Shown here piece after piece: positions 25,748 to 38,064 of a stretch of DNA of 64,000 nucleotides. This DNA is from Zootoca vivipara (lineage: Eukaryota): NCBI RefSeq assembly GCF_963506605.1, contig NC_083276.1, positions 34,286,001 through 34,350,000 of the forward strand. Direction: 5' to 3'. The notes under the pieces are model-generated. The model saw nothing but the letters and a program-made list of their open reading frames with translations, was not told where the DNA came from and searched no databases. Numbering within the stretch: the stretch's first letter is position 1; each line of letters begins with the position of its first letter. A program made the translations under genes and the position numbers.

Positions 25748-26437
25748 AGAATCAGAAGAAGAGCCTTGCTGGATCAGACCACAGATCCAACTAGTCCAGC
25801 ATCATGTTCTCACAGTGGCCAACCAGATAATAACTACTACTACTACTAGTTGATACTACTAGTGATCTACTAGATACTACTAGTTGATACTACTACTAGT
25901 AGATACTACTAGTTGTAGTAGTAGTATTTTATTTGCACGCTGCCCATCTGATTGGGTTGTCCCAGCCACTCTGGGATGCTGTCAACAAATATAAAAGCAT
26001 AATAAAGCATCAAACATTAAAAACTTCCCAATACAGGACTGGCTTCAGATGTCTTCTAAACAATGTATAGTTGTTTTTCTCTTTGACATCTGGTGGGAGG
26101 GCGTTCCACAGGGTGGGCGCCACTACCGAGGAGGCCTTCTGCCTGGTTCCCTGCAACCTCACTTCTCGTAATGAGGGAACTGCCAGAAGGCCCTCAGTGC
26201 TGGATCTCAGTATACCGGATGAATGATGCCTCTGGGAAGCCCATAAGAGGGACTCAAATACAACAGCACAGTTCCTAGTCATGTTCCTCAGCCACTAACA
26301 GTCAGATACACCACCTCTAATACTGGGGGGTAGTATATAGCCATCATGACTATAGTAGCCACTGGTAGCCATATCCTCCATGACTAATCCTCTTTTAAAG
26401 CCATCCAATGTAGCAGCCATCACTACATTTTATGGAG
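25748..26437 (-). mobile_element. CR1 3' end split by an L2 insertion
   Basis: gaagagccttgctggatcag...cagtggccaaccagat | L2 | gatgcctctgggaagccc...tagccatcatgact...cctccatg...aaagccatcca. Confidence 0.8.
25829..26220 (-). mobile_element. L2 3' fragment with remodelled microsatellite tail
   Basis: reverse complement of the 18911/27544 family (LAVPSLREVRLQGTRQKASSVVAPTLWNALP). Confidence 0.9.
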
Positions 26438-26473
26438 GCTTCACATAAAGTATAAATGTCAAGGGTGCTGCTG

Positions 26474-26545
26474 TTGTTATTGTTGACATCCGTCTGTCTC
26501 CAGAGACAATGGAGTGTGCCTCTGGGGGTGAAGTCAAACTGGTGA
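26474..26545 (-). mobile_element. RTE-type LINE 3' end fragment (second copy at 29708-29885)
   Basis: gttgacatcc...gagacaatggagtgtgcctc.gggggtgaa.tcaaac occurs twice in the window, with a (CAA)n-like tail on the minus strand. Confidence 0.6.
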
Positions 26546-26595
26546 AGTCAGGTTCTGTTGGGACCTGAAATGGGAATACTTACTAAATAGGGTAA

Positions 26596-26947
26596 GGTGA
26601 AGGTAAAGGGACCCCTGACCATTAGGTCCAGTCGTGACCGACTCTGGGGTTGCGCGCTCATCTCGCATTATTGGCCGAGGGAGCAGGCGTATAGCTTCCA
26701 GGTCATGTGGCCAGCATGACAAAGCCGCTTCTGGCAAACCAGAGCAGCACATGGAAACGCCGTTTACCTTCCCGCTGTAGCGGTCCCTATTTATCTACTT
26801 GCATTTTGACGTGCTTTCGAACTGCTAGGTTGGCAGGAGCTGGGACCGAGCAACGGGAGCTCACCCCGTCACAGGGATTTGAACCGCCGACCTTCTGATC
26901 AGCAAGCCCTAGGCTCAGTGGTTTAGCCCACAGCGCCACCTGGGTCC
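26596..26947 (-). mobile_element. Sauria SINE, full length, 14-bp TSD
   Basis: near-identical to 1988-2334 in reverse; TSD actaaatagggtaa at 26582-26595 and 26948-26961. Confidence 0.95.
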
Positions 26948-27543
26948 ACTAAATAGGGTAATGGGAGGTAAATACATGGGGCATTAATGCTCTGGTCTGA
27001 GTTAAAAGGCTCCAGGAAAGGACAGATAAAGCAGGTTTGAACAACAAAATCTGCATTCACCGGTTTTGGGGGAAGAAACAACTCCTACTCCCCTTTCCTA
27101 TATTATCTGGGAATGCATCTGCATGATAGCCATATACTGTAATTAATTCCCCACCTGATAATTTTAGCTTCAAAATTGCCCAGAAATGTTATGCTAGTCT
27201 TTTAGGGCCACCCGAAGCTCTAATGATTTTTAAAGTAGGTGTCAAAACTAGCTTTTTTAAAAACAAAGAAACAATAACAACAGAAACCTGAACACCACTC
27301 TGCAGCCTACGGTTAAATATAAATAAATAAATATTACAGTTCTGTCTCATGAATAATAATGTTTGTACAGTGCAATCCAAGGTATGTCTACTCAGAAGCA
27401 AGTGTTGCTGAGTTCAATGGCACCCACACCCTGCTACATGTGTGCAGGATAGAAACCTTACCCTCTCATACAGGTTTTTTTTTCTAAATTTGCATCTATA
27501 GTTTATAAAGAACCTACGAAGTGTGAATGATCTAATCCAGACA

Positions 27544-28038
27544 ACTAATCCAGAATGCGGCAGCTAGAGTGGTGACTGGGAGCTGCCGCCGAGACCACAT
27601 AACACCGGTCTTGAAAGATCAACATTGGCTCCCAGTCCATTTCCGAGCACAGTTCAAAGTGTTGGTGCTGACCTTTAAAGCCCTAAACGGCCTCGGTCCA
27701 GTATACCTGAAGGAGCATCTCCATCCCCATTGTTCTGCCCGGACACTGAGGTCCAGTGCCAAGGGCCTTCTGGTGGTTCCTTCGCTGCAAAAAGCCAAGT
27801 TACAGGGAACCAGGCAGAGGACCTTCTCGGTAGTGGCACCCGCCCTGTGAAACGCCCTCCCATCAGATGTCAAAAAGGAAAACAGCTACCAGATTTTTAG
27901 AAGACATCTGAAGGCAGCCCTGTTTAGGGAGGCTTTTAATGTTTAAGAAATTAGTGTATTTTAATGTTTCTGTTGGAAGCCGCCCAGAGTGGCTGGGGAA
28001 ACCCAGCCAGCTGGGCGGGGTATAAATAATAAATTTAA

Positions 28039-28088
<50 letters not shown>
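27544..28088 (+). mobile_element. Young L2-clade LINE 3' fragment with (TTA)n tail
   Basis: QNAAAR..RDHITPVLKDQHWLPVHFRAQFKVLVLTFKALNGLGPVYLKEHL. Confidence 0.92.
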
Positions 28089-29707
28089 CAATGTATTTTG
28101 CTTCTTCCAGTGAAGCTGGGTCTTGAAAGTGTGTGTTCAATTACTTCCTTTTTTGCCGCCGAGAAATCTAGCAGCCAGACTCTGCTCACCTCATACTTGA
28201 GGTGTATAGATTTTCCCAGACTACTAAATAATGGGCATGCCATTTTACAATCCTAGTCAGGATTGTGTCCTGGTACATAAATGTGGGAGAAGCAAATAAA
28301 CAAAATTTAAGCATCTGTTGTGGAAAAAAGCCAAAGAATTATATGAAGGAACTGGACTTTCTATATTTTTTCTGGAAGTTAGGAATATCTATGTCCAGGG
28401 CTTTCTGGCTTCTGGCATTTGGCTGGGGTGGGGTGTTCAGGGAGAAGAGATACATACAGTGCTCACAATCACTGAGCAGGCTCTAAATAAAGTATGACAT
28501 TTCTGCGCAGCTTGCCAGATGTTGCCATTGCTTTAAAATCTCCTCCAGTTGGTACTTTTCAATAATGTGCTCAGCTTTTATGTCTAAAAATTATTAACAG
28601 CTTTTTATGATCTAATTATTTTCCGTATGCACATCAAGGCAGGGTGGTATTGACTTCGCCTGACCTTTTAACAGAAAAGGTCTTCTAGTTAAAGGAAACA
28701 TTTCTCTTTTACAGGAGCACTGTGCAAATATGGCCACAAACATTTTATAGCAAAGATAACAATACCATAGGATTTAGGTTCACTTCTCAGCTGAGAAAGC
28801 AAATCTTTTTTTCCTTTCCTTTTTACTGAGATGCTTGGTCTATGTCAACACATTCACTAAACATCACATTCAAAGCTCGGAGTATTTATTACTAGCAGAG
28901 GAGCAAAGAAGATTGTGCAACAACAACAACAACAATTGTCATTTGATACTACTGAAGAAGTGCAGGAATTGGCAGATGATGTGCAGGAGGTGGAAAATGA
29001 AGATTTCCCTATATTTCTGGGTGCCTATGATTCTGCATTTGTCCAAGTTCTGATTTCCTATGGGATTGTACTTACGACTGGTACAAGAGATGCTGGTTGT
29101 CACAATAAAAAATGGGGGTTCCCCCCAAGTTTTTAATTGAAGAGTTGAAATCCTTATTTTATTTATTTTAAAGATTTAAAGCTATCAAAGTGGCATACAA
29201 TAAGATAAAATGATAAAAAATATGAAAGTTTACATTATAAAAAAACCCAATGAAACAATTACACAATCAAAATTCCGTAATATAGCTGGATCGCACTTCA
29301 AGGAAAGCCTTCTTAAACAAAAACCCATTCAACAGCCACAAAAAGCTGCCTAATTTCAACTAATAGAGGATTCCCGGGGACTGGAGCTCCTACACTAAAA
29401 GTCTGGTGTCTAGTTACTAAGCACCCCTCTGGGGCATGAGATACTCTTAGCAGTGCCCCACCAGACAGGGATATATGGGATGAGCTTTGGTGAGCTTTAC
29501 AAGTGTTCTGTATAAAGAGGATTCAAGCCACCCACTCACCCCCACACCAATTTAACCACTGTTCCCCTTCCCTGCTGTCCTATACCTCTCTCGCAAGCCC
29601 CAAAGGCCTTACCTTGAAGAAGCAGGTAGAAAATGGTAGAAGACACCCATCAACCTGCTTCTTCTCCCCCATAGTAAGGCCTTTTAGCTTGCAAGATGGG
29701 TATTGGG

Positions 29708-29885
29708 TTGTTGACATCCACCCATCCATATCGAGAGACAATGGAGTGTGCCTCCGGGGGTGAATTCAAACCGCTGGAGAATCACAGCAACTGCTGTGGC
29801 TGCAGAGACTGGTAGTTTGTAATTGCTGCATCCCATGCTGTTTTTTCTGCAATAGCAGCACCGAAGTGACTTCTCTGGGGTGCAA
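29708..29885 (-). mobile_element. RTE-type 3' end fragment
   Basis: homologous to 26474-26545. Confidence 0.6.
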
Positions 29886-30064
29886 ACATTGTCAAAACTG
29901 AGATAATTGAGTGTTCATATTGAGGTGTGTGTGCTAATTGGTTGCTGTAACAATGAAAGTTTACAGTCTTGCAGTGTTAGAAACTGTCTTGATTTGCGAC
30001 CTTGATATGAAACCTGATTATGCAGCTCACATGCCATGAAGACCAAGGCTGCAATCCTATACTA

Positions 30065-30318
30065 CAGGCATGTCCAACAGGTAAATCGCGATCTACTGGT
30101 TGATTGTGAGGAGTCCCTGGTCGATCCTGTGATCCTGAGCGACCCCCCCCAAAAAAAAGTTCAACAATTTCGGCTCTCCAAAATAGCTCAACAACTTTGG
30201 TTCTCCCAAAAAATCTCAACAATTTTGGTCAATCCAACGGGTAGATTACTGCCAGTATTTTTATTTTTTATTTTATAGTGGGAGTAGATTGCAGCATCTT
30301 GGAAGTTGGACATGCTTG
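30065..30318. mobile_element. hAT non-autonomous element, 8-bp TSD, nested in a ~90-bp palindromic element
   Basis: TIRs caggcatgtccaac / gttggacatgcttg; TSD ctatacta at 30057-30064 and 30319-30326. Confidence 0.9.
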
Positions 30319-30804
30319 CTATACTACACTGGCAGAAAGTCCCATGAACTTAGCAGGGCTTCCTTTTGAATAGACTTATGTAGGGTTGCATTGTAATTGC
30401 TCAAAAGTTCCAGAAGCAAGGAATCATAGTTACTGGGCAGAAATCTGTTTCTTCAAAAGATGGACAGTAAATTTACATTGTTTCAAATGGCCAGACCTGG
30501 CCCAGCACCATCAACTGATAATCTCTACTTCAGCTCCTATGTGTAAGTCCACTTCAACTTTAAAAATATATAATACTGTATATGAGAGGGTGAGATTTCT
30601 ATTAACATTGTGAAAAATCCATATATTTCATCTATTCTATCAGCACCTTTCAAAGTATTGCTGATATACTCTAATTTGAGTAAATAGTAGCCTTGCTTTA
30701 AAACAAATTTGACAAGTCTTATTTCTAATAGAGAAAATAAATGTAGAGTAAATTAGAAAAAAATACATTGCTTTGTTGTTTGGGACTTTTTATTATAAGG
30801 CTTT

Positions 30805-31877
30805 GCAAAAGCCTTTGACTGTGTCGACCACAGCAAACTATGGCAAGTTCTTAAAGAAATGGGAGTGCCTGATCACCTCATCTGTCTCCTGAGAAATCTC
30901 TATGTGGGACAAGAAGCTACAGTTAGAACTGGATATGGAACAACGGATTGGTTCAAAATTGGGAAAGGAGTACGACAAGGTTGTATATTGTCTCCCTGCT
31001 TATTTAACTTATATGCAGAATTCATCATGCGAAAGGCTGGACTAGATGAATCCCAAGCAGGAATTAAGATTGCCGGAAGAAATATCAACAACCTCAGATA
31101 TGCAGATGACACAACCTTGATGGCAGAAAGTGAGGAGGAATTAAAGAACCTTTTAATGAGGGTGAAAGAGGAGAGCGCAAAATATGGTCTGAAGCTCAAC
31201 ATCAAAAAAACCAAGATCATGGCCACTGGTCCCATCACCTCCTGGCAAATAGAAGGGGAAGAAATGGAGGCAGTGAGAGATTTTACTTTCTTGGGCTCCT
31301 TGATCACTGCAGATGGTGACAGCAGTCACGAAATTAAAAGACGCCTGCTTCTTGGGAGAAAAGCAATGACAAACCTAGACAGCATCTTAAAAAGCAGAGA
31401 CATCACCTTGCCGACAAAGGTCCGTATAGTTAAAGCTATGGTTTTCCCAGTAGTGATGTATGGAAGTGAGAGCTGGACCATAAAGAAGGCTGATCGCCGA
31501 AGAATTGATGCTTTTGAATTATGGTGCTGGAGGAGACTCTTGAGAGTCCCATGGACTGCTAGAAGATCAAACCTATCCATTCTTAAGGAAATCAGCCCTG
31601 AGTGCTCCCTGGAAGGACAGATCGTGAAGCTGAGGCTCCAATACTTTGGCCACCTCATGAGAAGAGAAGAATCCTTGGAAAAGACCCTGATGTTGGGAAA
31701 GATTGAGGGCACTAGGAGAAGGGGACGACAGAGGACAAGATGGTTGGACAGTGTTCTCGAAGCTACGAACATGAGTTTGACCAAACTACGGGAGGCAGTG
31801 GAAGACAGGAGTGCCTGGCGTGCTATGGTCCATGGGGTCACGAAGAGTCGGACACGACTAAACGACTAAACAACAAC
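30805..31877 (+). mobile_element. Bov-B LINE (RTE clade), 5'-truncated, young, 13-bp TSD
   Basis: TSD attataaggcttt at 30792-30804 and 31878-31890; 3' end gagtcggacacgactaaacgactaaacaacaac. Confidence 0.97.
30859..31869 (+). CDS. Bov-B reverse transcriptase C-terminal portion (uninterrupted; TE-derived, no endonuclease domain)
   Basis: KGVRQGCILSPCLFNLY, NLRYADDTTL (catalytic YADD), GLKLNIKKTKIM, IDAFELWCWRRLLRVPWT; frame is open from 30805 (AKAFDCVDH). Confidence 0.9.
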   Translation: MGVPDHLICLLRNLYVGQEATVRTGYGTTDWFKIGKGVRQGCILSPCLFNLYAEFIMRKAGLDESQAGIKIAGRNINNLRYADDTTLMAESEEELKNLLMRVKEESAKYGLKLNIKKTKIMATGPITSWQIEGEEMEAVRDFTFLGSLITADGDSSHEIKRRLLLGRKAMTNLDSILKSRDITLPTKVRIVKAMVFPVVMYGSESWTIKKADRRRIDAFELWCWRRLLRVPWTARRSNLSILKEISPECSLEGQIVKLRLQYFGHLMRREESLEKTLMLGKIEGTRRRGRQRTRWLDSVLEATNMSLTKLREAVEDRSAWRAMVHGVTKSRTRLND

Positions 31878-33473
31878 ATTATAAGGCTTTAGAGAGTTCA
31901 CTAGTAAATCCCATGGTAATATTTGAAAATGGCATTGTAATATTTTGACAGTAATTTCCATGTTTCATTGATGGGCTTTATCTCAGTTTATTGCCATCCA
32001 CAATGCCCATTAAAAATATAACTCATTGCAACTCACCCCACACACATTTTCATTAAATCTAATCAATATTGCAAAATACAAAAAAAGAGAAAGAAACAGA
32101 CAGATGCCAAAAAAATGTCAGCACAAGTTTTGCTATTGCCTGAAATAGGGAAGGATGAAATTATATTAACTTTTAAGTAGAAACAAAAGTTTTCAGCTGA
32201 TGCAGATAAACATCGATTAGAGATAAAATGGTGTTTTTTTTTACCAAAAATAAAAAAATAAAAATCCACCCACCACCCTGAATAAACACAGTCACACAGG
32301 CCACTTGCCCTGTTATTGAATTTAAATGGAAAATACATGCAGAACTCCAAACAAGATAAAACTAAATGAACAAGATGTAGCAATTGCAATATAATTTTTC
32401 ACATTAATTATGTACTCTTATCATAGCTGTATAACTAGCTGAGAATAACAGAAACAGCAAGATAGCACCAAAGTTATTTTCCAAAGAGGAAATAAACAAA
32501 CAAAATAATGCAGATATGCTAGTTATTAGATTACTAGAATTTTGCCTTGCAGAATAGGTTTCTTGAGGACAAAGACTATATTAATCATCTCTGTTCTTGG
32601 AAAATGATACCCTGTGTCTGGAAAACTATTGTTGACATTTTCTTTTCCTCTTTAAAGTATCTTAATCCGTTATCAGGTTATCAGGTCAGAAACACATCTC
32701 CTCATTTAAGTACCTTAATAGGATTCTATCTGTTCATGCAAACAGATTATAAAGCTCGTTTTCACCTAATAGAGCTCCATCCTCTGAAAAGTTTCATACA
32801 GGCCTTCAAGTGAATTCATGTCGTTTCAAAATACAGCCTTTAGGATGTGTTGGAATGCATAAGGCTCTTTTCTCCTGAAATCTGGACTGCCATTGATATG
32901 ACAACAGTTTTAAGTTGCAGTCTAGATATTACCTATTATGATAATCCCTGCCCTCCAACATTTCACAGGGGCAAGCAGAGGCAAATTTATAACACCCATA
33001 TTCTCATAACAAATATCACTGCTTGAGCATTACTGAAGATGCTACTTGATCCATTGAATATTGTATTCATTAATTTTGCCACAGCCAAATTACTGTCACG
33101 TTAAGGAGGTGATCTGGTTAAAGATATCCCAGAAGGACACCAGTACTTTACTCAACTGAAGGTGATGGACTGTTTTCCTGGTGTCAGGTACATTTCTGCG
33201 TCTTGAGGTCCACAGATTAGTGAGGGCATCTGCAATGTACAGTAGACGCCACCACATTAACAGGTGCTTGCAATTGCATCCATGTGACTGGGACACACAA
33301 TTGGGCTGGTGTCCTGATTGTGTGGAAGCTTATACACTAGCTGTTGCTCATATGTAGGCTTGTTTAATGCAGATGACAGCACTCATATGTGGACATTTGT
33401 GTGAATTTATTTGAATTTCATTTATTTGAATTTTTCAAAAATAAATATAATCAGCATCAATGTATATCCTACC

Positions 33474-34352
33474 TTCTACAAGGCAGGCTTAGGCAGTATG
33501 TGGACCAAGAACTCCCAGAAGTGCAAGCTGGATTTCGAAGGTGCAGAGGAACCAGAGACCAAATAGCAAACATGTGCTGGATTATGGAGAAAGCTAGAGA
33601 GTTCCAGAAAAAACGTCTACTTCTGCTTCATTGACTATGCAAAAGCCTTTGACTGTGTGGACCACAGCAAACTATGGCAAGTTCTTAAAGAAATGGGAGT
33701 GCCTGATCACCTAATCTGTCTCCTGAGAAATCTCTATGTGGGACAAGAAGCTACAGTTAGAACTGGATATGGAACAACTGATTGGTTCAAAATTGGGAAA
33801 GGAGTACGACAAGGTTGTATATTGTCTCCCTGCTTATTTAACTTATATGCAGAATTCATCATGCGAAAGGCTGGACTAGATGAATCCCAAGCCGGAATTA
33901 AGATTGCCGGATTGCCGGAAGAAATATCAACAACCTCAGATATGCAGATGACACAACCTTGATGGCAGAAAGTGAGGAGGAATTAAATAACCTTTTAATG
34001 AGGGTGAAAGAGGAGAGCGCAAAATATGGTCTGAAGCTCAACATCAAAAAAACCAAGATCATGGCCACTGGTCCCATCACCTCCTGGCAAATAGAAGGGG
34101 AAGAAATGGAGGCAGTGAGAAATTTTACTTTCTTGGGCTCCTTGATCACTGCAGATGGTGACAGCAGTCACGAAATTAAAAGACGCCTGCTTTTTGGGAG
34201 AAAAGCAATGACAAACCTAGACAGCATCTTAAAAAGCAGAGACATCACCTTGCCGACAAAGGTCCGTATAGTTAAAGCTATGGTTTTCCCAGTAGTGATG
34301 TATGGAAGTGAGAGCTGGACCATAAAGAAGGCTGATCGCCAAATAATTGATG
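33474..34352 (+). mobile_element. Bov-B fragment 2 (5'-truncated, 3' part missing here, frameshifted)
   Basis: QYVDQELPEVQAGFRR..GTRDQIAN; 8-bp duplication gattgccg at 33902-33917; nearly identical to 30805-31510. Confidence 0.95.
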
Positions 34353-34533
34353 TCTGCAGGTTGCTTTCTGGGCAAAGCATTTACTCACACAGAAGTGGTT
34401 GTTCTGAGGAAAACAATTTCTATAATTATGACAAGTTACTGAATCCATTATCTGTTCCCATAACAAAGTGTATTACGTACTCATGTCGGAGTTCTAAGCC
34501 TTTTAAAAAAATTGTAGTGCTTATTTATTTATT

Positions 34534-34970
34534 GTTAAAGCTATGGTTTTCCCAGTAGTGATGTATGGAAGTGAGAGCTGGACCATAAAAAAGGCTGATC
34601 ACCGAAGAATTGATGCTTTTGAATTATGGTGCTGGAGGAGACTCTTGAGAGTCCCATGGACTGCAGGAAGATCAAACCTCTCCATTCTTAAGGAAATTAG
34701 CCCTGAGTGCTCACTGGAAGGACAGATCCTGAAGCTGAGGCTCCAATACTTTGGCCACTTTGACTCCCTGCAAAAGACCCTGATGTTGGGAAAGATTGAG
34801 GGCACAAGGAGAAGGGGATGACAGAGGATGAGATGGTTGGACAGTGTTCTCAAAGCTACCAACATGAGATTGACCAAACTGCAGGAGGTAGTGGAAGACA
34901 GGAGTGCCTGGCGTGCTATGGTCCATGGGGTCACGAAGAGTCGGACACGACTAAACGACTAAACAACAAC
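34534..34970 (+). mobile_element. Bov-B fragment 3 (3' end, more diverged)
   Basis: MVFPVVMYGSESWT...; ends gactaaacaacaac; internal deletion near 34758. Confidence 0.95.
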
Positions 34971-35544
34971 AAAAACAGATTAGCCAAATGCTGAGTTGCT
35001 GAGGTCTGTTACACAATTGCGAACACTCTGCGGATCCCTGAGTGTGCTGATGTCAGTTGGCATCAGTCGATGTGATGTTTGGGCTGGAGAAAGCTTTTGA
35101 AGCTCCCAAACGATCGACCGACCAGGAGGGAGGGAACATGCCAGTCGGGCATGTGTCTCTGCCAGGAGATCCCAAGGAAGTCAAGGGCAGCAAACACCAA
35201 AATGTTAAAACAATAGAATTTATTATATTATTGACACATTTTAAGTTACTTAAAAAAACAAAACATTTAAAAACAATCATGCAGCTTCACAGGTAATAAT
35301 CACAAGGTTGACAGGAAGACTATCTTTCAGCCATCTGATGGTTTGCAAAACAGGAATGCTTGTAAGTTCTTCTTGAAAGTTAATAATGAGGGAGACAGAT
35401 GCACTTCACCAAGAGATGGCATTCTACTTCACCACCAATAGTATGTGGAAGCTAATACCACAGTGGTTGAGGATAAGTTTTGTATATAGACACTCTTAAT
35501 ATTTTAGTTCTTAGACTCTCCATTTGCTTCCTATTACCTTACAC

Positions 35545-35680
35545 CAGGCTTCCTCAACCTCGGCCCTCCAGATGTTTTGAGACTACAATTCCCATCATCC
35601 CTGACCACTGGTCCTGCTAGCTAGGGATCATGGGAGTTGTAGGCCAAAAATATCTGGAGGGCAGAGGTTGAGGAAGCCTG
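35545..35680. mobile_element. hAT hairpin MITE, 136 bp, 8-bp TSD
   Basis: TIRs caggcttcctcaacctc / gaggttgaggaagcctg; TSD ccttacac at 35537-35544 and 35681-35688. Confidence 0.95.
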
Positions 35681-37364
35681 CCTTACACAATGACAGCAGA
35701 AGTTTAATTTCTACCGAGGTGGCAGTGGGTACCACTCAGTAGCACTGTTCTACTGTTTAAGATAATGTGTGAAATGCAGGCACAAACACCACCATCCTTT
35801 TGACAAACTTTCTCTTATCAACTTGGAGAAGCATACATTAGTGTAAAGGTCAGGAATACTTCATGCACCATTTCAGGTCAATAATAATTTCAATGCCAGC
35901 TTGAAATAGAAAATGAATGTTCCTTAGGCTAAATTTCATGCGATAGAAGGAGCAAAGAATTTGTCCCTATTTACAACTTCTTGATGTGGTTACATTTATT
36001 AAGTTCTTTGGTCCTCGAGGGAGAAAAGAACAGGTCATTTCCCTCTTCTGAACTCCAAACCCAAAGCCTTATGGTAATTTTTAAAATGTTCTTTAACCTG
36101 ATTTAATATATTGAGTTGAGATACATTCCATTAGATATAATTAGATCTAGACAGGAAAGGTAGTTCTGAGAAGCTAATGAAATATCATTAAAACTGAATC
36201 TAAGATTGTTGATTAGGGTAAAGCTAATCCTGATTAGGATAAACAAGCTGGGTGAGAGAAATCTTATTTCCCCCTCTTTTAATTTTTTTTTAAAAATAAA
36301 ATATGTGAGGGTAAGAAGCATAAGAAATGGGAAAGATTTCAAAACGTTAAAGACCATTTTCTGGTACTCTGAAATTTAGGCACTTCAGTGCCCTATCATT
36401 AATATCTGTATTTCCATCTCACAGCAATAGTTGTATGCCCTGCTCCAGAGCTATGCGTATACTGAAGTGTGCACTCAGAATTTCTGCACGGCCAGGCTAC
36501 CCTATTCCTGTTTTATGAACAGGGATGACAGCATTTCAGGAGCAAAGTGAATCTGGAAACGTCCATGGGTGTGTACACTCAATTCACACATCATTTCAAA
36601 GTGCCATCGTGAGGGTGATATATAAAGCACTTGTAGCATGTTCAAAACATTCAAGATACATTATTTTGTAATCCTTTTAACTATCTTATAAGGCAGGCAC
36701 TTTCTATCCTCAGGTTTAAAAAATCCAGAGGTTAAAAAAATTGCTGAGGTCTACCAGACCCTAAATAACAATTCAAGAAGCAGAGACGGTCACAAAATGG
36801 TGGGAGATTTGGGTGGACTTTTGCACAATCTGCTGGCAGTTACAAACATAATTTGTATATATTGATATATAATCCTGGTTTAGAAATACCTTCTTCTGTC
36901 TATCCACCCCTTTCACTTCCCTTCTTCCCATTCTTTCTTACACATCCCCCAAAAAAGGAAACACATTACTCCAAAAAGAATAAAGAATTGCAAATAAATT
37001 GCGCTATTGTTGTAAGCCAAAAATGGCTTATCTTCTGAGTTTATGCCATTAAAACTCAGAGACATAAGGAGTTAGGAGTCCATAATTGTTTATTGCAAAG
37101 CAATAGGTTACAGTCAGATTGATCTGCGAAACTGCAACCATGCCCATTGGTTCAGGCAGTGGTATTTATATGGTTTCAAACAAAGGATTCCAATTTTCAC
37201 CAATCATGTACATCATGCACAATAAGCACGGGCAATTTCTGCTGATTCAGATCTGATTCCCATGCTTCTGTTACATTGTGTTAGTAGGCATGTTGGGAAC
37301 CTGTGTTACGTGTAGCCATTTGCACAATGTAGCAACAGTTGTTCTAGCTTTCAGCTGTATCTTT

Positions 37365-37470
37365 GTTACAGGTAGGTAGCCGTATTGGTCTGACGTGGTC
37401 GAAACAAAAAAAATATATTTACAAACTTAGTTGGTCTCTAAGGTGCTACTGGAAGGATTTTTTTTTTCTG
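37365..37470. mobile_element. Penelope-like fragments in inverted arrangement
   Basis: ggtagccgtattggtctgacgtggtcgaaac is the reverse complement of ~17187-17226; followed by forward acaaacttagttggtctctaaggtgctactggaaggattt. Confidence 0.75.
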
Positions 37471-37819
37471 TATCTTCGTGATACAGTTGTATTCCTGCCC
37501 CAGTTGATGGGGTGGGGTGGGGGTGGCAGCAACTTGCAAAACCATCAGTTTCATAAAGCAACAGGTTACCATAACTTCTTTATTAGAACCACACTCAGGG
37601 ATTTCCAAGGGGTGCACACTATCACATTTATTGTGTCCCTTTGGGCCGCCACCACACTATGATACAAAAGTGTTTCCTCAGCAGTCAGGCAAGAAAGCGG
37701 CTGGGCCCAAAAGTGGACTGACACAATGGGCAGTGTCTTCCTACACTTGAAGCTGAAGAGGGCAAGAGGGAGAAGGAACTTATAAAGAGGTACTACAAAG
37801 AAGGGCAACATAACCAGAA

Positions 37820-37946
37820 GAACTTTGTGGCCCACCAGATGTTGCTGCACTCCAGCTCCCATCAGCCCAAGACAGCATGGCCAGTGGTCAGGGATGATGG
37901 GACTGTAGTCCAGCAACACCTGGAAGGCCGCAGGCTCCCCATCTCT
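37820..37946. mobile_element. hAT hairpin MITE (older)
   Basis: ccagatgttgctgcactccagctcccatc...gatgggactgtagtccagcaacacctgg core shared with 35545 and 40904. Confidence 0.75.
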
Positions 37947-38064
37947 GTTCTAGATTTCCCCTTCTGTGCTACCTGAATTCCCCGGGGTTGGCCAAGTGTT
38001 ATGTTGATGTCAGTGCATACACTAACTATGGCTTTTTCACTTAGTACTTATTGTTGTTGTTGTT

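Noticed and set aside
28915-29136. Acidic, protein-like ORF (QQQQQLSFDTTEEVQELADDVQEVENEDFPIF)
   Set aside because: Begins in a CAA microsatellite, no family recognised and no convincing splice sites; a BLASTX search would settle it.
30900-31841. Antisense ORFs over Bov-B
   Set aside because: Shadow frames of the RT coding strand.
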